DNA of 64,000 nucleotides, taken from the NCBI GenBank assembly GCA_965213625.1, contig CBDBZU010000004.1, positions 2,848,001 through 2,912,000 of the forward strand, given 5' to 3'. Position numbers and translations under genes: made by a program. Numbering within the stretch: position 1 is the stretch's first letter; the number at the start of each line of letters is the position of its first letter. Positions 63,507 through 64,000 of the stretch are shown here, piece by piece. The stretch comes from a bacterium. GTDB taxonomy: Bacteria; UBA8248. The notes under the pieces are model-generated. The model saw only the letters and a program-made list of their open reading frames with translations, had not been told where the DNA came from and ran no database searches.

Positions 63507-64000
63507 CGCAGTTGCCTTCTCCTGACGTAGACGGCGGCTCCGATGAGGATGATGAACAACGGCATGACCCAGACGGTGAACAAGTGAACGAACCGCCCTT
63601 CCCCACCGGCCAACACGAGAGGTTCGCCCGTACGGCTTTTAGGACGAATGGTAATCAGGTCTTTCTCGCCGCCGAGCCAGTTTATGGTGTTGAATACGAG
63701 ATTCCCATTGCCTTGGGCGCCGATGAAAGCATCGCTCGCAAAATCAGCATCCCCGAAAACGACAATTTTAGCCTCGTTTTTCTCGTTCGTTTTCTTCTGG
63801 GAGGCTGGTGTTTTCGCATCGTCTGCAGCCCCCTGCCCTTGCGCAAGTTTGTAAAGATCCAGCGTGACGGTGACAGCGGCACCGATCGGTACGGGACCAT
63901 CTTTCTTGGTCTTCGGGTCGAAATGAAGTTGACCGTTCTGGAGCGTTATCTCCTCGACGGTAAAACTTCCGGCGCCCGTCTTGACCAACTCCTCGGAATG
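63503..64000 (-). CDS. GldG-family ABC-transporter accessory protein, C-terminal part (5' truncated by window)
   Basis: VVFGDADF, GNGNLVFNTINWL, ITIRPK, C-terminal TM followed by RRR. Confidence 0.8.
   Translation of the reverse strand, partial: HSEELVKTGAGSFTVEEITLQNGQLHFDPKTKKDGPVPIGAAVTVTLDLYKLAQGQGAADDAKTPASQKKTNEKNEAKIVVFGDADFASDAFIGAQGNGNLVFNTINWLGGEKDLITIRPKSRTGEPLVLAGGEGRFVHLFTVWVMPLFIILIGAAVYVRRRQLR

Overview
Chromosomal window from a Gram-negative (LPS-making) bacterium. Gene order resembles Nitrospinota/Nitrospirota/Desulfobacterota relatives (inference). It most likely spans the replication terminus: a 28-bp dif (XerCD) site lies at 30192-30219 and KOPS-like GGGNAGGG motifs point toward it from both sides. 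Left of dif is a 30-kb, all-plus-strand, lower-GC housekeeping run with no repeats that I could see: lpxC-purM-purN-lolA-rseP-ispG-proS-tRNA-Met-tilS-ftsH-pdxJ-nnr-tsaE-lptCAB-rpoN-hprK-PTS IIA-ptsH-metK-ahcY-amidase-der-EF-G paralog-SPOR-MerR-TPR. Right of dif is higher-GC, mixed-strand and mostly metabolic: rtcB, bioB, FAD/Fe-S oxidoreductase, mycothiol-type formaldehyde dehydrogenase homolog, hydrolases, two metY paralogs, surE-pcm, nlpD, apt, three tRNAs, amidase, and Gld-like ABC accessory genes. The right half also has one intact IS1182-family element and many REP-like palindromes. Best novelty candidates: (1) a series of intergenic cassettes bracketed by IS1182-like terminal inverted repeats and filled with four unrelated REP-like palindrome families, with the autonomous IS inserted in the loop of one such palindrome; (2) rtcB lying between dif and a degenerate dif-like direct repeat; (3) tsaE has no canonical start codon; (4) an alternative-pairing leader upstream of pdxJ. 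All calls come from reading the sequence and recalled family motifs; no searches were run.
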